From the IMG/VR virus record IMGVR_UViG_3300046559_001153, positions 1-64,000 of that record: a stretch of DNA of 64,000 nt; one strand, written 5' to 3'. Made by a program: the position numbers and the translations under genes. The stretch's first letter is position 1; each line of letters opens with the position of its first letter. A model generated the notes under the pieces. It saw nothing but the letters and a program-made list of their open reading frames with translations. It was not told the origin of the DNA and did no database searches. Below are positions 48,209 to 57,355 of the stretch, piece by piece.

Positions 48209-48517
48209 ATGACACCAATAGCCGATTTATTTGAGTGCCCCGAGTGCGGCGGCAGGCGACTCGAAGAGATGGAAATCAATGTCCTGGTCTTCACGCCAGT
48301 GACATCTGTTGGACCTGACTGGGAATTAGGTTACGACTACGACCTGCAATCAATTGACAACTGTGAGGACGAAAAGCACACGCGTTATCGTTGTATTGAG
48401 TGCGGATGGGTTCTCGAGAACCCGGACGACACCGGTAGCATGGACCTGTTCGCCGTTCTGACTCACCCTGATTCTCCCTGCAAACCGAAAGGACCACCCA
48501 GTGGATCAGACGCCTGA
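48209..48517 (+). CDS. Zn-ribbon protein
   Basis: FECPECGG and YRCIECG. Confidence 0.65.
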   Translation: MTPIADLFECPECGGRRLEEMEINVLVFTPVTSVGPDWELGYDYDLQSIDNCEDEKHTRYRCIECGWVLENPDDTGSMDLFAVLTHPDSPCKPKGPPSGSDA

Positions 48518-48884
48518 TCAACCACAAGTCTTCTACGACGCCGCGGCCGCTACTCTTCACGACGCGGGGATGGAAGTGATTAAAAATCATCCCGAGGTCC
48601 GCAGCCTGGTCGTCGTTTTCGATTACAACAAGGATCTCAACGACGCAAGGATCCCGCATGCCATTTGGATTGGCGGCGGTCCCGACGGTCAGTTGACAAC
48701 GCCCGAGGCCATTCTTGGATCTGGTTACCAGTTGCTGAAAATGTTGAGGGCTGTCGCAGTTCGTGCCGAGGAAGTCCTGCGACTTCGCGAGAAGCAGATC
48801 GTCGATGCATCCAAGCGGTTACTCGAACTGGAGAAACAGATTGCCGACAAACAAACCGAAGGGCCTGCGACGGGAGCCCCTTGA
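48501..48884 (+). CDS. Hypothetical protein with C-terminal coiled coil
   Basis: AAGGA SD, GTG start; PEVRS..VVFDY. Confidence 0.65.
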   Translation: MDQTPDQPQVFYDAAAATLHDAGMEVIKNHPEVRSLVVVFDYNKDLNDARIPHAIWIGGGPDGQLTTPEAILGSGYQLLKMLRAVAVRAEEVLRLREKQIVDASKRLLELEKQIADKQTEGPATGAP

Positions 48885-48891
48885 GGACGTC

Positions 48892-49413
48892 ATGCGTCGT
48901 GCCCATGTTGACCCGGACACGGCTGACATTGTCATTGTGAGCGACGGAAGTGGCGCCGGATGGAAAATGGCCTGCGGCTGGGCGGCTACGATGATTGACC
49001 TGCGAACGAAAGCTCGCCGTGTATTTCATGGGGCCTGCTCGCCTGGGTCTGTGGGAATGGGAGAGCTTATGGGCCCACTCCACGCATTAACCTGGTGCCA
49101 CGCCCACGGCCACACAGGCAAACGGATTGTCGTCCTGTCAGACAGCCAGTACGTGGTCAACACGGGCAATAAAGAGCGCAAGGTCACGGTCAAAGCTAAC
49201 TTCTACCTGTGGAGCCAGTTCGATTGGTTCAAGCGACAAGGCTACCGGGTCCAGTGGGCATGGATGCGTAGAGATGAGTGTGCGCTGAACAAGTATGCTG
49301 ACGGTCTCAGCAGATCAGCCAGGCTCAAGCTCACAGAAATTGATCTGGCTGCGGCAGAAGAAGTCCTGCCGACCGGAGAGCGAATCGGAATCAACAGAAG
49401 AAACCCCCACTGA
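48892..49413 (+). CDS. rnhA: Ribonuclease HI
   Basis: VSDGSG, GELMG, LSDSQYVV, N..LW, N.YAD.LSR (D-E-D-D tetrad). Confidence 0.85.
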   Translation: MRRAHVDPDTADIVIVSDGSGAGWKMACGWAATMIDLRTKARRVFHGACSPGSVGMGELMGPLHALTWCHAHGHTGKRIVVLSDSQYVVNTGNKERKVTVKANFYLWSQFDWFKRQGYRVQWAWMRRDECALNKYADGLSRSARLKLTEIDLAAAEEVLPTGERIGINRRNPH

Positions 49414-49422
49414 AAGGACAAC

Positions 49423-49827
49423 ATGGGCGCTTCATTTATTTTGCATGCTTTACCTGATGTGAAAAACAAAACTGACGAACGACTGACTCAGATGACAGAG
49501 ATCATCGATAACCTGTCGCATGACGATCTGGCGATTCTCAGATACGACTGTGCCATACTCGACGAGGCTACAGACGATTCAATCAAAGATGCCCTGGTTG
49601 ACGACCTTGAGGATTACTGGATGCTGGAAGACTCTGGCAGGGAACACGGATCAATGCATCTGCCAGGCTGCAACCTGTCGTACGTGTTTACTGGTGGGTC
49701 TTCCTGGGGTGACCCACCAACTGAACTGAGTGACGGATTTGATTTGCTTAGTTCCTGCGGTCAAATCTTTGACCAGCTGAAGGAATGGGCTACCGCTGAC
49801 CTGATGGACAACTTTTCGAAAAGGTAG
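49423..49827 (+). CDS. Acidic hypothetical protein
   Basis: TGG.SWGD.PT motif; ends NFSKR. Confidence 0.65.
   Translation: MGASFILHALPDVKNKTDERLTQMTEIIDNLSHDDLAILRYDCAILDEATDDSIKDALVDDLEDYWMLEDSGREHGSMHLPGCNLSYVFTGGSSWGDPPTELSDGFDLLSSCGQIFDQLKEWATADLMDNFSKR
49809..49827. promoter_or_regulatory. Palindrome copy 6 (CAACTTTTCGAAAAGGTAG)
   Basis: Encodes NFSKR-stop, like copy 4. Confidence 0.5.
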
Positions 49828-49930
49828 CCTGGGCCTGTTGGTCTGGTTTCGTAGTGGGCCTGGTTTAAGAGGGCTCGTCCGCCCGCTGACAAGCGGGGCG
49901 GCGACGCCCGCATTAAATCTTTACGAAGTA

Positions 49931-50145
49931 AAGTGTATAGAACTAAGCTCAGGCCCAAAAGTGAGAAATAATGGACCCCTCTCGCGTATCTCTGAAGTGA
50001 TAGAAACAAGTTCCCCCTCTGTCACCAGGCTGGTCTATCGAGTACGTCAAAACCAGGCCTTTTTTGACCAAAACGAAGTGATAGAACGAAGTTCCCAAAG
50101 CTGCAAATTTCGGCCTTATTTGATGTGTGATAGAACTAAGTTCCT
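49931..50145. repeat. Four direct repeats, consensus GAAGTGATAGAACTAAGTTCC (iteron-like)
   Basis: Copies at 49931, 49994, 50075, 50125; GC hairpin 49871-49909 upstream. Confidence 0.75.
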
Positions 50146-50217
50146 GAACCCCCTTTTAAGGCTGAAAACAATGGATTTAGCCGAGGTAATCCACTGAAAT
50201 CCGACAAACCCGGAAAA

Positions 50218-51087
50218 ATGGCAGCCCGGCATACGATCCTCAGGATCTTGAATGGGCCACCCCAGGCTGCCCAGCGATTCGCTTTGATGCAGCCGATGTT
50301 TGGGAACAAATGGCTCGAGCATAAGCTGGAAAATTTGTTGAAAGCTGTGCGAACTTATTACTCGAATCGGCTGCATCGGCTTCGCGACATTGATTCCTTG
50401 CCAGGCTATGCTGTTAATGTTGCTCAGCATTTGACATACATGACGAACTGCCCGATGGCCACAGTCATTCAGCAGCCTAAGACTCTGTTGTGCAAGCTGT
50501 GGCGATTCTGCCCGTGGTGTTATTGTCGCTACGTCGTGAAGGACTCGTTTTGTCGAGTCGCTGACGCAATGGGCTGTGGGTACTATCTTGTGCCCCACGT
50601 GCCCGGCGAATTGATCGGTGTTGTGGCCAAGCTGATTATCCCTGACGACGCCGATGCGCCGCAGAGAGCCAGAGAATTTGTCCGCAACAGGAACTTGTAC
50701 CGGGATGCCACGCAGGCCGTCGGTGCTTTGACCTACTCAACCGTGCAACCGGCTTGGCAGCAAGTTGGACGGCCGCCGGAATGGGAACTGTCCCGGCGTG
50801 ACTTGCTGGTCGTTTCCGAGGTGCCGGACGACCTGGAGATGCGAGCTGTGCTTCCTGGTTGCAGCTTCTATTACCAGTATCACCTGAAAAACGTGCAGCG
50901 AACGGAGCTGGCTTCGCTGATCGGGTCTACGCTGCAGTACCCGGCTGGTCTGCTGTTGTACGATGTCGATAGCGCAGCTCGCATTCTGACGGCGACACAC
51001 GGATTACGGATGTCGGCGCCAACTGGTCTGTTCTACAACCAGGATGGGCCAGACCCCTACGATGATGAATGTTTGGGTTACGATTGA
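50218..51087 (+). CDS. Rep-like protein with C..C-x5-CPxC zinc site (HUH motif not retained)
   Basis: NC...LCKLWRFCPWC resembles the Zn site of rolling-circle Rep/IS91 proteins; follows the repeats. Confidence 0.45.
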   Translation: MAARHTILRILNGPPQAAQRFALMQPMFGNKWLEHKLENLLKAVRTYYSNRLHRLRDIDSLPGYAVNVAQHLTYMTNCPMATVIQQPKTLLCKLWRFCPWCYCRYVVKDSFCRVADAMGCGYYLVPHVPGELIGVVAKLIIPDDADAPQRAREFVRNRNLYRDATQAVGALTYSTVQPAWQQVGRPPEWELSRRDLLVVSEVPDDLEMRAVLPGCSFYYQYHLKNVQRTELASLIGSTLQYPAGLLLYDVDSAARILTATHGLRMSAPTGLFYNQDGPDPYDDECLGYD

Positions 51088-51099
51088 TTGGGAGAAAAA

Positions 51100-51492
51100 A
51101 TGGACAAAGCCTTCGTTACAGGCAGCCAGGCGTACGGGATGCCGCGGCCAGTGACCCGCTGGGAGAAGAATCCGTCTGATCTGGACCTGGTGGTTATGGT
51201 CAGTCGCAGCGACTTGAAGACCATCTTGGACTTTTATGAAGCGACCGGCGTCGGGCCCCCGGGCAGCTGGGAGCCTGGGAGAACCGGCGAGCCTGCACAG
51301 GCCAGCTTGCGGTTCGGCATGTTGAACCTTATCGTCTGCACTCGAGAAGAAGATTACGAAATGTGGCAGACGGGAACTGCGGCTTTGAAGGATAAAAAGC
51401 CGGTCACCCGTGATTTTGCCGTGGCCATGTTCGACAAGATAAAGCAGAAGATGAAAGCCTGGCAATTGTTTCCAGAGGAGTCACTGTCGTGA
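51100..51492 (+). CDS. Pol-beta-type nucleotidyltransferase-like protein
   Basis: FVTGS.AYG...SDLDLVV. Confidence 0.65.
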   Translation: MDKAFVTGSQAYGMPRPVTRWEKNPSDLDLVVMVSRSDLKTILDFYEATGVGPPGSWEPGRTGEPAQASLRFGMLNLIVCTREEDYEMWQTGTAALKDKKPVTRDFAVAMFDKIKQKMKAWQLFPEESLS

Positions 51493-51659
51493 TATTGCAG
51501 CAACAAGCGTTGGCCAATCTGTCTGAATTTTTGGAGCGTCTTCCCACGAAGACAGAGGCCCTGGTCCTGTTTACGACTGACATCTCCCTGGAAGACTGGC
51601 GAGAGACCAAGCGCTGGCTTGAAAAGGCAGCAACCGCAGAAGGAGTTCGATGTGAATGA
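51489..51659 (+). CDS. 56-aa hypothetical protein (not in ORF track)
   Basis: GAGGAG SD, GTGA overlap. Confidence 0.5.
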   Translation: MILQQQALANLSEFLERLPTKTEALVLFTTDISLEDWRETKRWLEKAATAEGVRCE

Positions 51660-52107
51660 AATCACCGTTTTGACGTGGGGAATTTTCGATTTGATTCATC
51701 CTGGCCATATGCGACTGCTTCGTAAGGCCCGCTGGTACGGCACTCGACTGGTTGTCGGGATCAACTCGGATGACTCTGTGCAGACGATCAGGATGTCAGA
51801 CAACCGGCCCGTTATGAACGAGTTGGAGCGGGCCTATGTGCTGCGGCACGTTGTCGGTGTTGACGAGGTGCGAATCTTTGATGCACCGAACGCGGCCGAT
51901 CTGATCTATTCTGTCCGTCCACGGTTTGCTGTTAAAGGCGGCAGCATTCCCGTGTCTGAAGAATTGGCTCTCAGCGACGTGCATGCCAAGTTCATTTATC
52001 TGCCCCCTTTGCCATCCCATCCGCATACTACCGAGCTCATCGGGCGAGCTTACGAGATTTACTGTGACGAACAAGGAATACCATGCCACCAAAGAAAGTT
52101 GCGTTGA
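51652..52107 (+). CDS. HxGH nucleotidyltransferase (RfaE/HldE domain II-like)
   Basis: GIFDLIHPGH, LVVGINSD.SV, RPV..E.ER, VD.V.IF, VKGG. Confidence 0.85.
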   Translation: MNEITVLTWGIFDLIHPGHMRLLRKARWYGTRLVVGINSDDSVQTIRMSDNRPVMNELERAYVLRHVVGVDEVRIFDAPNAADLIYSVRPRFAVKGGSIPVSEELALSDVHAKFIYLPPLPSHPHTTELIGRAYEIYCDEQGIPCHQRKLR

Positions 52108-53213
52108 TTTTTGCCGACTCTCATTTGGCTCAGGGCGCCTGGGTCAGCCGGGAGCCGATCAAGGGGGACAGCTACTTCGGATTTGAACAGATCATCGAGT
52201 TGGCCCTGGAACACAAAGTTCCTCTCATCGGTGCCGGCGATTTGATCGACACCAAACGGCCTGACCCTCGGACGATTGACGTCCTGCGTGTGGGATGTCA
52301 GAAACTGAAAGACGCTGAAATCCCGTTTCACTACATCATGGGCCAGCATGACCTGACGGATCCGCCGTGGTTCTCAGCTGTGCACGACTGGCCTCAGTTG
52401 ATCGAGCCGGACACATCGTTTATGAGCGGCTCTGTCGCTTTTGGAGGATTCTCCTGGCTGCCGTCTGACCAGGTTAATGGCCAGTTGGCCAAGATGATAA
52501 ATGTCGATGTGTTGATTCTCCATGAGGTCTGGGAAGAGTTCATGGGCGGCGGCCAGATCATTTGTGACGGCAGCCTGGTCCACACACCTGAGTCGGTCAA
52601 AGCTGTTTTCACCGGTGATTACCACAGGCACATGAAGAAGCAGGTGACTGGCGTAAAAGGAAATTCATTCCCAGTCTACTCGCCCGGCAGCACATGTCTG
52701 CAGTCGATCGATGAACCGCGGGAGAAGTCTGTTTACCTGCTGTACGCCGACATGTCAGTTAGACCACTTCCCTTGCTGTGTCGTCCGGCGATGACGATTA
52801 CAACGCCGATTGTCAGTGAAGCCGGGTTGGATGAATTCTGCGATACGATCAAGAGGCGAGCGGATACGATCAAACATGATGCGATGAACGACAAGGTCCC
52901 ATCGCATTTGTGCGAACCGTTGATCTACGTCGAGTACGCTCCGGACGTCACGAACATCGTGACCAGGCTTCGCAAGGCTGTGCCGTCGGTGGCCCACTTG
53001 TTCATGAAGCCTGTGTTCCGGGAATCAGAAGAACGGACTGCGCGTAAGGTAACTCGTGCCAAGGTGCTCAATAGCGGCCTGGACGGCGCGGTTGCCTCGC
53101 TGACTGTGGACGACGCCGGGCTCCGCGGAATGTGTCAGCAATTGTTGCTGGCCGACAATCCGGTGATCGAACTGCAAGCACTCAAGGAAACATTCTTTAA
53201 GAAAGGCGCGTGA
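52083..53213 (+). CDS. sbcD: SbcD/Mre11-like nuclease
   Basis: ADSHL, AGDLID, GQHD, LHE, GDYH, PGS. Confidence 0.85.
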   Translation: MPPKKVALIFADSHLAQGAWVSREPIKGDSYFGFEQIIELALEHKVPLIGAGDLIDTKRPDPRTIDVLRVGCQKLKDAEIPFHYIMGQHDLTDPPWFSAVHDWPQLIEPDTSFMSGSVAFGGFSWLPSDQVNGQLAKMINVDVLILHEVWEEFMGGGQIICDGSLVHTPESVKAVFTGDYHRHMKKQVTGVKGNSFPVYSPGSTCLQSIDEPREKSVYLLYADMSVRPLPLLCRPAMTITTPIVSEAGLDEFCDTIKRRADTIKHDAMNDKVPSHLCEPLIYVEYAPDVTNIVTRLRKAVPSVAHLFMKPVFRESEERTARKVTRAKVLNSGLDGAVASLTVDDAGLRGMCQQLLLADNPVIELQALKETFFKKGA

Positions 53214-53323
53214 TGAGGGACTGGAATGAAGCTTGGTTTGCCATCATTCTTGGTACGGTGGCCGGTACCGTGGCGGGCACTCTGACCGCCGTGATCATCT
53301 GGTTTTTTACGAAAGGCTCGTGA
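53213..53323 (+). CDS. 36-aa single-TM peptide (not in ORF track)
   Basis: TGATG coupling on both sides; WFAIILGTVAGTVAGTLTAVIIWFF. Confidence 0.55.
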   Translation: MRDWNEAWFAIILGTVAGTVAGTLTAVIIWFFTKGS

Positions 53324-53526
53324 TGGCTGTGATAGAGGCGTACGCAAAACTGGTCTGGTCACCTGGCGATATCCAATCGTTACGGCCCGATTGGGATATT
53401 CCCCGATGTCGAAGATTCTTGGAAAACAACCAGAATCAAATTCGTGACCGGCTGTGCGAGATCGGCTGGGATGTCATTGAGACATTCTTGTCGTTGGAAG
53501 GAGACGACGAATGCAAATCTTCGTAG
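53323..53526 (+). CDS. Small hypothetical protein
   Basis: W...DI...RPDW....FL......I.DR..E.GW. Confidence 0.6.
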   Translation: MAVIEAYAKLVWSPGDIQSLRPDWDIPRCRRFLENNQNQIRDRLCEIGWDVIETFLSLEGDDECKSS

Positions 53527-53834
53527 ACGACATCCCAGTTTGTTCGTTGTCTGGTCTGATGCCAAATGGGCAGTTCTTCGATGAGGATGAGCGTGTCATG
53601 CGCTGCCGTGAGTCGATGGAACGTGGCGTCATCTGCTTGCGGGAAACTTTCCCCGACATTGTTCCCCAGGCGTGCGTTGTAAAAGTGCTCAGGGCGGTTT
53701 GTACGGCCGCCAACTCCGGGCTGTGTGATCCCAACTTGGAAAGCAATGTGCTTATGGCGTACATGAAACATCACAACGTATTGGACCGGTTCACGGTCAC
53801 AAGTGACGATGACAGCTGGTATCCAGCTAGATAG
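53511..53834 (+). CDS. Hypothetical protein
   Basis: AAGGAG SD. Confidence 0.6.
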   Translation: MQIFVDDIPVCSLSGLMPNGQFFDEDERVMRCRESMERGVICLRETFPDIVPQACVVKVLRAVCTAANSGLCDPNLESNVLMAYMKHHNVLDRFTVTSDDDSWYPAR

Positions 53835-53843
53835 GAACAGGCG

Positions 53844-55994
53844 ATGCTACTTAAGCGTTTGACACTTCGTAACATTGGCGTTCACCAGAAATTGGACATT
53901 ACGTTCAAGCCGGGGTTGGTTGGCATCTTCGGTGCCAACGGGGCCGGCAAGTCGACAATCACTAACTCTGCTTACGCTTGCCTGACTAATGACTTCTCCA
54001 GGTTTCCAGGTACTCGAGATCAAATTATCAATGATCAGTCCCAACCCGGCGATCTGGCAGAGATCGCTTGTGATCTGGATATCGATGGTGTCGAGTACTC
54101 ACTGAAACGTGAGCTCGGCCGTAGCAAGTGTCGCATGGAATTTACTCGCCCCGGGCAGCCGCGGCAGCGAATCGACAAAGACGGAGAATTCCAGCAAGCC
54201 CTCTTCAGCGCTTTGGGATTTCCGAGAGATGTGCTCGACAACTTCGTGTTCATCGACCAGTGGGAGACGTTCGCCTTTCTCAAAGCGACACCGGCCAAAC
54301 GAATGATGGCCTTTCACGGGTTGTGCAATACGGGCAAGGCTGAGCGGATCTGGGACGCGGTTGGTCAACGGATTGCCGCCGATGCCAGTCTTGTGGCTGA
54401 CGTACAGGACAACCTGGCTGAGTTTCGTAAACAGAAGGACGACACGGCGGCCGAGTATGTGAGACAACACACGGCGCTCGCCAGCATGTTGCAGGTCGGG
54501 CCTGTGGTTTTGGCTGATCTCCAGCAGAAGGTTAATGATCTGACGGCGTTGGCTAACCTGCGAGAGAATCTGCGTGAGGCTGAGGAAGCTTTGGCCAGTG
54601 CAGCTGCCTCTTCTCTGGCGGCTGCCACCAAATTGTTGCCGGTCAAGAAGGAGCGTGACCGGTTGCAGTCGGCTGTGGATGCAATCGACACGTCGACAGC
54701 TGAGAAGTGCGTGCCCATTCTGCAGGAGTACATCCTGCAGCAGCGGCAGGTCGCCGAGGACAAGCAGCAGATCGATGAGCTGGCTGAGTTCCTGGCTGAC
54801 ATGGCCCAGGAGCCTGAGCTGGAGCTGCCGGAAGGAATCACGTACGAGCCGATGGAAGAGATCAACAAGCGGTTGATCCTGAACAAGGCCGAACTGGCGA
54901 CGGCCAAGGCCTATGTGAAGAATTTCACAAAATCACCCAAGTGTCCCACCTGCGGTCAGGATGCGACTATGCTACTGGCTAAATACCAGAAGACTGTCGA
55001 CGAGTTGCCAGAGCAGATCCAGCAGGACGAAGAGACGGTCGAATGCATCGCTGATTTCAACGCTGACGTGGTCGTTTTCAGACAACAGGTGTCGGATGCC
55101 CAAGCTAAACTGGGCGCGTTGCGCACGCGTTTGGATAACGCAACGCTCGTCGTTCTAGACGATCCGCACTGGGTGACGGAACCGTTGGCCGCCCTCGAGG
55201 ATTTCAAGCTCACGATCGCCAGACGCAAGTTGGCTGAGGTTGCTCTGGCGACGTATGTCAAGTTGACGCTCACTCCAGCAGAGGCTAAGGCCAACGTGGC
55301 TAAGGGGGCTGTAGCTCCGGCAGAGAAACGCGTGGTTAAACTGACGGCCGATTTGCTCATCTACGGCGAAGCCAGTGCTGACGATTTGCCCGCGGTCAAA
55401 GAGGCATTGGCCACAGCAGTCGCCGCCAATAACAGATACACGACTGCTCATGCGTTGGCCAAAGCTGCCAAAACGACAGCTGAAAACGCTGCAGCGGCGT
55501 ACAAGCGGGCTAAGCAGTCCCTCGAGGATGCCCGCCAGCGTTCCCGGGTGGCCCGCTTGTGGCTTGAGCGGCTGGAAAAGGTCCGAGAGGTCTTTCACAG
55601 AGACGGAGCTCCCAAGCTGGTCGCCCAGAGCCGTCTGGAGAGCCTTGAGGACGATATCAACTTGTTCCTTGAGCCATTCGGCAGCCCGTTCACGGTCAGG
55701 GCGGGCGAGGATTTCAACTTGCTGGCTCAAGTCCCCGGGCACTCTGAACGAGAAGCCACCTGGCTTAGCGGGGGACAAAAGGTCGTCCTGTCGATGGCCT
55801 TCTTGCTGTCACAAAGCCCCGGCATGCTGGTGCTTGATGAGCCTGGCGCAGGCCTGGACACCGCGAACAGGGCCTACCTGCGTACGGCCTTGCAGCATTT
55901 CCAGTCAGTTGCGAAAAGTCGCGGGTTGCAGATCATCATGATCACTCATGACGAAAGCATGGAGAGCTCGTTCAACCAGGTCATTCAGTTGTAA
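53844..55994 (+). CDS. sbcC: SbcC/Rad50-like ATPase
   Basis: GANGAGKST, Q-loop, CPTCG zinc hook, LSGGQ, LVLDEP..GLD, ITHD. Confidence 0.92.
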   Translation: MLLKRLTLRNIGVHQKLDITFKPGLVGIFGANGAGKSTITNSAYACLTNDFSRFPGTRDQIINDQSQPGDLAEIACDLDIDGVEYSLKRELGRSKCRMEFTRPGQPRQRIDKDGEFQQALFSALGFPRDVLDNFVFIDQWETFAFLKATPAKRMMAFHGLCNTGKAERIWDAVGQRIAADASLVADVQDNLAEFRKQKDDTAAEYVRQHTALASMLQVGPVVLADLQQKVNDLTALANLRENLREAEEALASAAASSLAAATKLLPVKKERDRLQSAVDAIDTSTAEKCVPILQEYILQQRQVAEDKQQIDELAEFLADMAQEPELELPEGITYEPMEEINKRLILNKAELATAKAYVKNFTKSPKCPTCGQDATMLLAKYQKTVDELPEQIQQDEETVECIADFNADVVVFRQQVSDAQAKLGALRTRLDNATLVVLDDPHWVTEPLAALEDFKLTIARRKLAEVALATYVKLTLTPAEAKANVAKGAVAPAEKRVVKLTADLLIYGEASADDLPAVKEALATAVAANNRYTTAHALAKAAKTTAENAAAAYKRAKQSLEDARQRSRVARLWLERLEKVREVFHRDGAPKLVAQSRLESLEDDINLFLEPFGSPFTVRAGEDFNLLAQVPGHSEREATWLSGGQKVVLSMAFLLSQSPGMLVLDEPGAGLDTANRAYLRTALQHFQSVAKSRGLQIIMITHDESMESSFNQVIQL

Positions 55995-56009
55995 CTTATC
56001 AAAAAGATA
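55992..56009. promoter_or_regulatory. Palindrome copy 7 (TAACTTATCAAAAAGATA)
   Basis: Overlaps sbcC stop. Confidence 0.5.
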
Positions 56010-56050
56010 AAGGAGGTCCCATTTACGTTCACACGGATCCGACGGGCGTT

Positions 56051-56950
56051 GTGGCTTACAGGGAGAAGTCCACAACGCCCGTCATTTCATCTGAGCTGAA
56101 AGTTGCCCGGTTCGTGGCAGAGCTGTCTGCCAGGGCGCCGTGCGAATACCGCGTGCTCGGCATGACGAGCAACGCGTCGCTGATTTGTCGCCTGGCTACG
56201 GCCGGTTACCGGGTGCGTGTCGGCACTCCGGGAGTCTGTCCCACAGGCGACGCGAGAAAACGACCAGAACTGGCTTTGCAGTGTGCTCTGTCAGTGGCCG
56301 GCCCGGCCAGCATCGGCGGCTGGCACCCGGTTGTCGATCACGATCTTCGAACTTACGAATTGATTTGCTCGATGCAGTGGTGTCGATCGCACGGCGGGCT
56401 TCGACCGACACGCTCGTTGGAGCGGCTGTTGCGTCGACATCCGGCCTGGTCAGCTTTGTCGTTTCCGACAACCGGTACTCTGACTGGCCGCGCTCGAGTT
56501 ATTGAGGCGCTTGTTGATCCGCGGTGGTATGTCGATCCGGCAAGAATGAATTCGGTGGCCAAGCTGCATTCGTATATGGGCTTGCACCCCGATCCGATAT
56601 TGTTGCTGTTGGGTTTCCCCGGCGCAAAATTCAAACCGACTGCGGCGTTTATGGACCGAGCATCGGCTGTGCTGGCTGCTTGGGGAGCCCATGGCCGACG
56701 TCCTGACGATTTGTCACAAATGAAAGACCCGCGTCATTTTCTGTGGAGAATCTATTCCGACTCGGCGGTTCCGCATCGCTGTCTGCGTGCGGCTCGCCGG
56801 TTCATAACGTTTGTCAACCAGGTCTGGCTGGACGCTATCACAAAAACGAGCGGCGACGGGATGCTCGACTTGAAACAGATGCTCAGGCGGGACTGCGACG
56901 TAGCTGCCTACAAAAACTATCTGGAAAGGAATGACTATGCCGGGAGATGA
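56051..56950 (+). CDS. Divergent IS110/Nop-domain-like protein (possible ATT start at 56021)
   Basis: L..HPAW..L, LVDPRWY..SVAKLHSYMGL.P, C-terminal H..LRA.RRFI.FV..VW. Confidence 0.5.
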   Translation: MAYREKSTTPVISSELKVARFVAELSARAPCEYRVLGMTSNASLICRLATAGYRVRVGTPGVCPTGDARKRPELALQCALSVAGPASIGGWHPVVDHDLRTYELICSMQWCRSHGGLRPTRSLERLLRRHPAWSALSFPTTGTLTGRARVIEALVDPRWYVDPARMNSVAKLHSYMGLHPDPILLLLGFPGAKFKPTAAFMDRASAVLAAWGAHGRRPDDLSQMKDPRHFLWRIYSDSAVPHRCLRAARRFITFVNQVWLDAITKTSGDGMLDLKQMLRRDCDVAAYKNYLERNDYAGR

Positions 56951-57188
56951 CGACTACGACGACTGGCCGAATGACGAAGACCGCGTGCCATCGATCGGCC
57001 ATCAGAATCTGGCCGCGTCTGTGATGCGGCTAGAATCGTCCTACCGCGATCTGGTTCACTTTACAGGCGGGATTATCGCTACACTGGCGATTGAACGAAA
57101 CCAGTCTGAATTTGCCAAGATTCCCGTGTTCCACGAGATGGCTAAGAAATGGGTGGAACGGTACCGGATTCAATTTAACGGGAGGTGA
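56931..57188 (+). CDS. Small hypothetical protein
   Basis: Acidic N-terminus; overlaps upstream stop. Confidence 0.55.
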   Translation: MTMPGDDDYDDWPNDEDRVPSIGHQNLAASVMRLESSYRDLVHFTGGIIATLAIERNQSEFAKIPVFHEMAKKWVERYRIQFNGR

Positions 57189-57190
57189 CC

Positions 57191-57355
57191 GTGGGCGCCG
57201 CGCGACACTTGAGTGATTTGGCTGATATTTGTGGGTTAACTAAAGAGGATTTTCTGGATTTGTGTATCGAGTACATTGACCGCCAGAAAGACGACGACGC
57301 TTTCCACGATTTTGTGCAGCAACAAACAGTGGCCTGGCTGGACGAAGAATCCTGA
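57191..57355 (+). CDS. 54-aa acidic protein (not in ORF track)
   Basis: GGAGGT SD, GTG start, TGATG coupling. Confidence 0.6.
   Translation: MGAARHLSDLADICGLTKEDFLDLCIEYIDRQKDDDAFHDFVQQQTVAWLDEES

Noticed and set aside
49931-50145. CRISPR array
   Set aside because: Repeats are about 21 bp, degenerate and irregularly spaced (about 64, 81, 50 nt), with no cas1/cas2; kept as iteron-like repeats
49838-50197. 119-aa ORF across the repeats
   Set aside because: TTG start without SD; its VIE.SS periodicity just mirrors the DNA repeats
56051-56950. Active IS110 insertion sequence
   Set aside because: No visible catalytic DEDD/Ser motifs and no non-coding ends large enough for a bridge RNA
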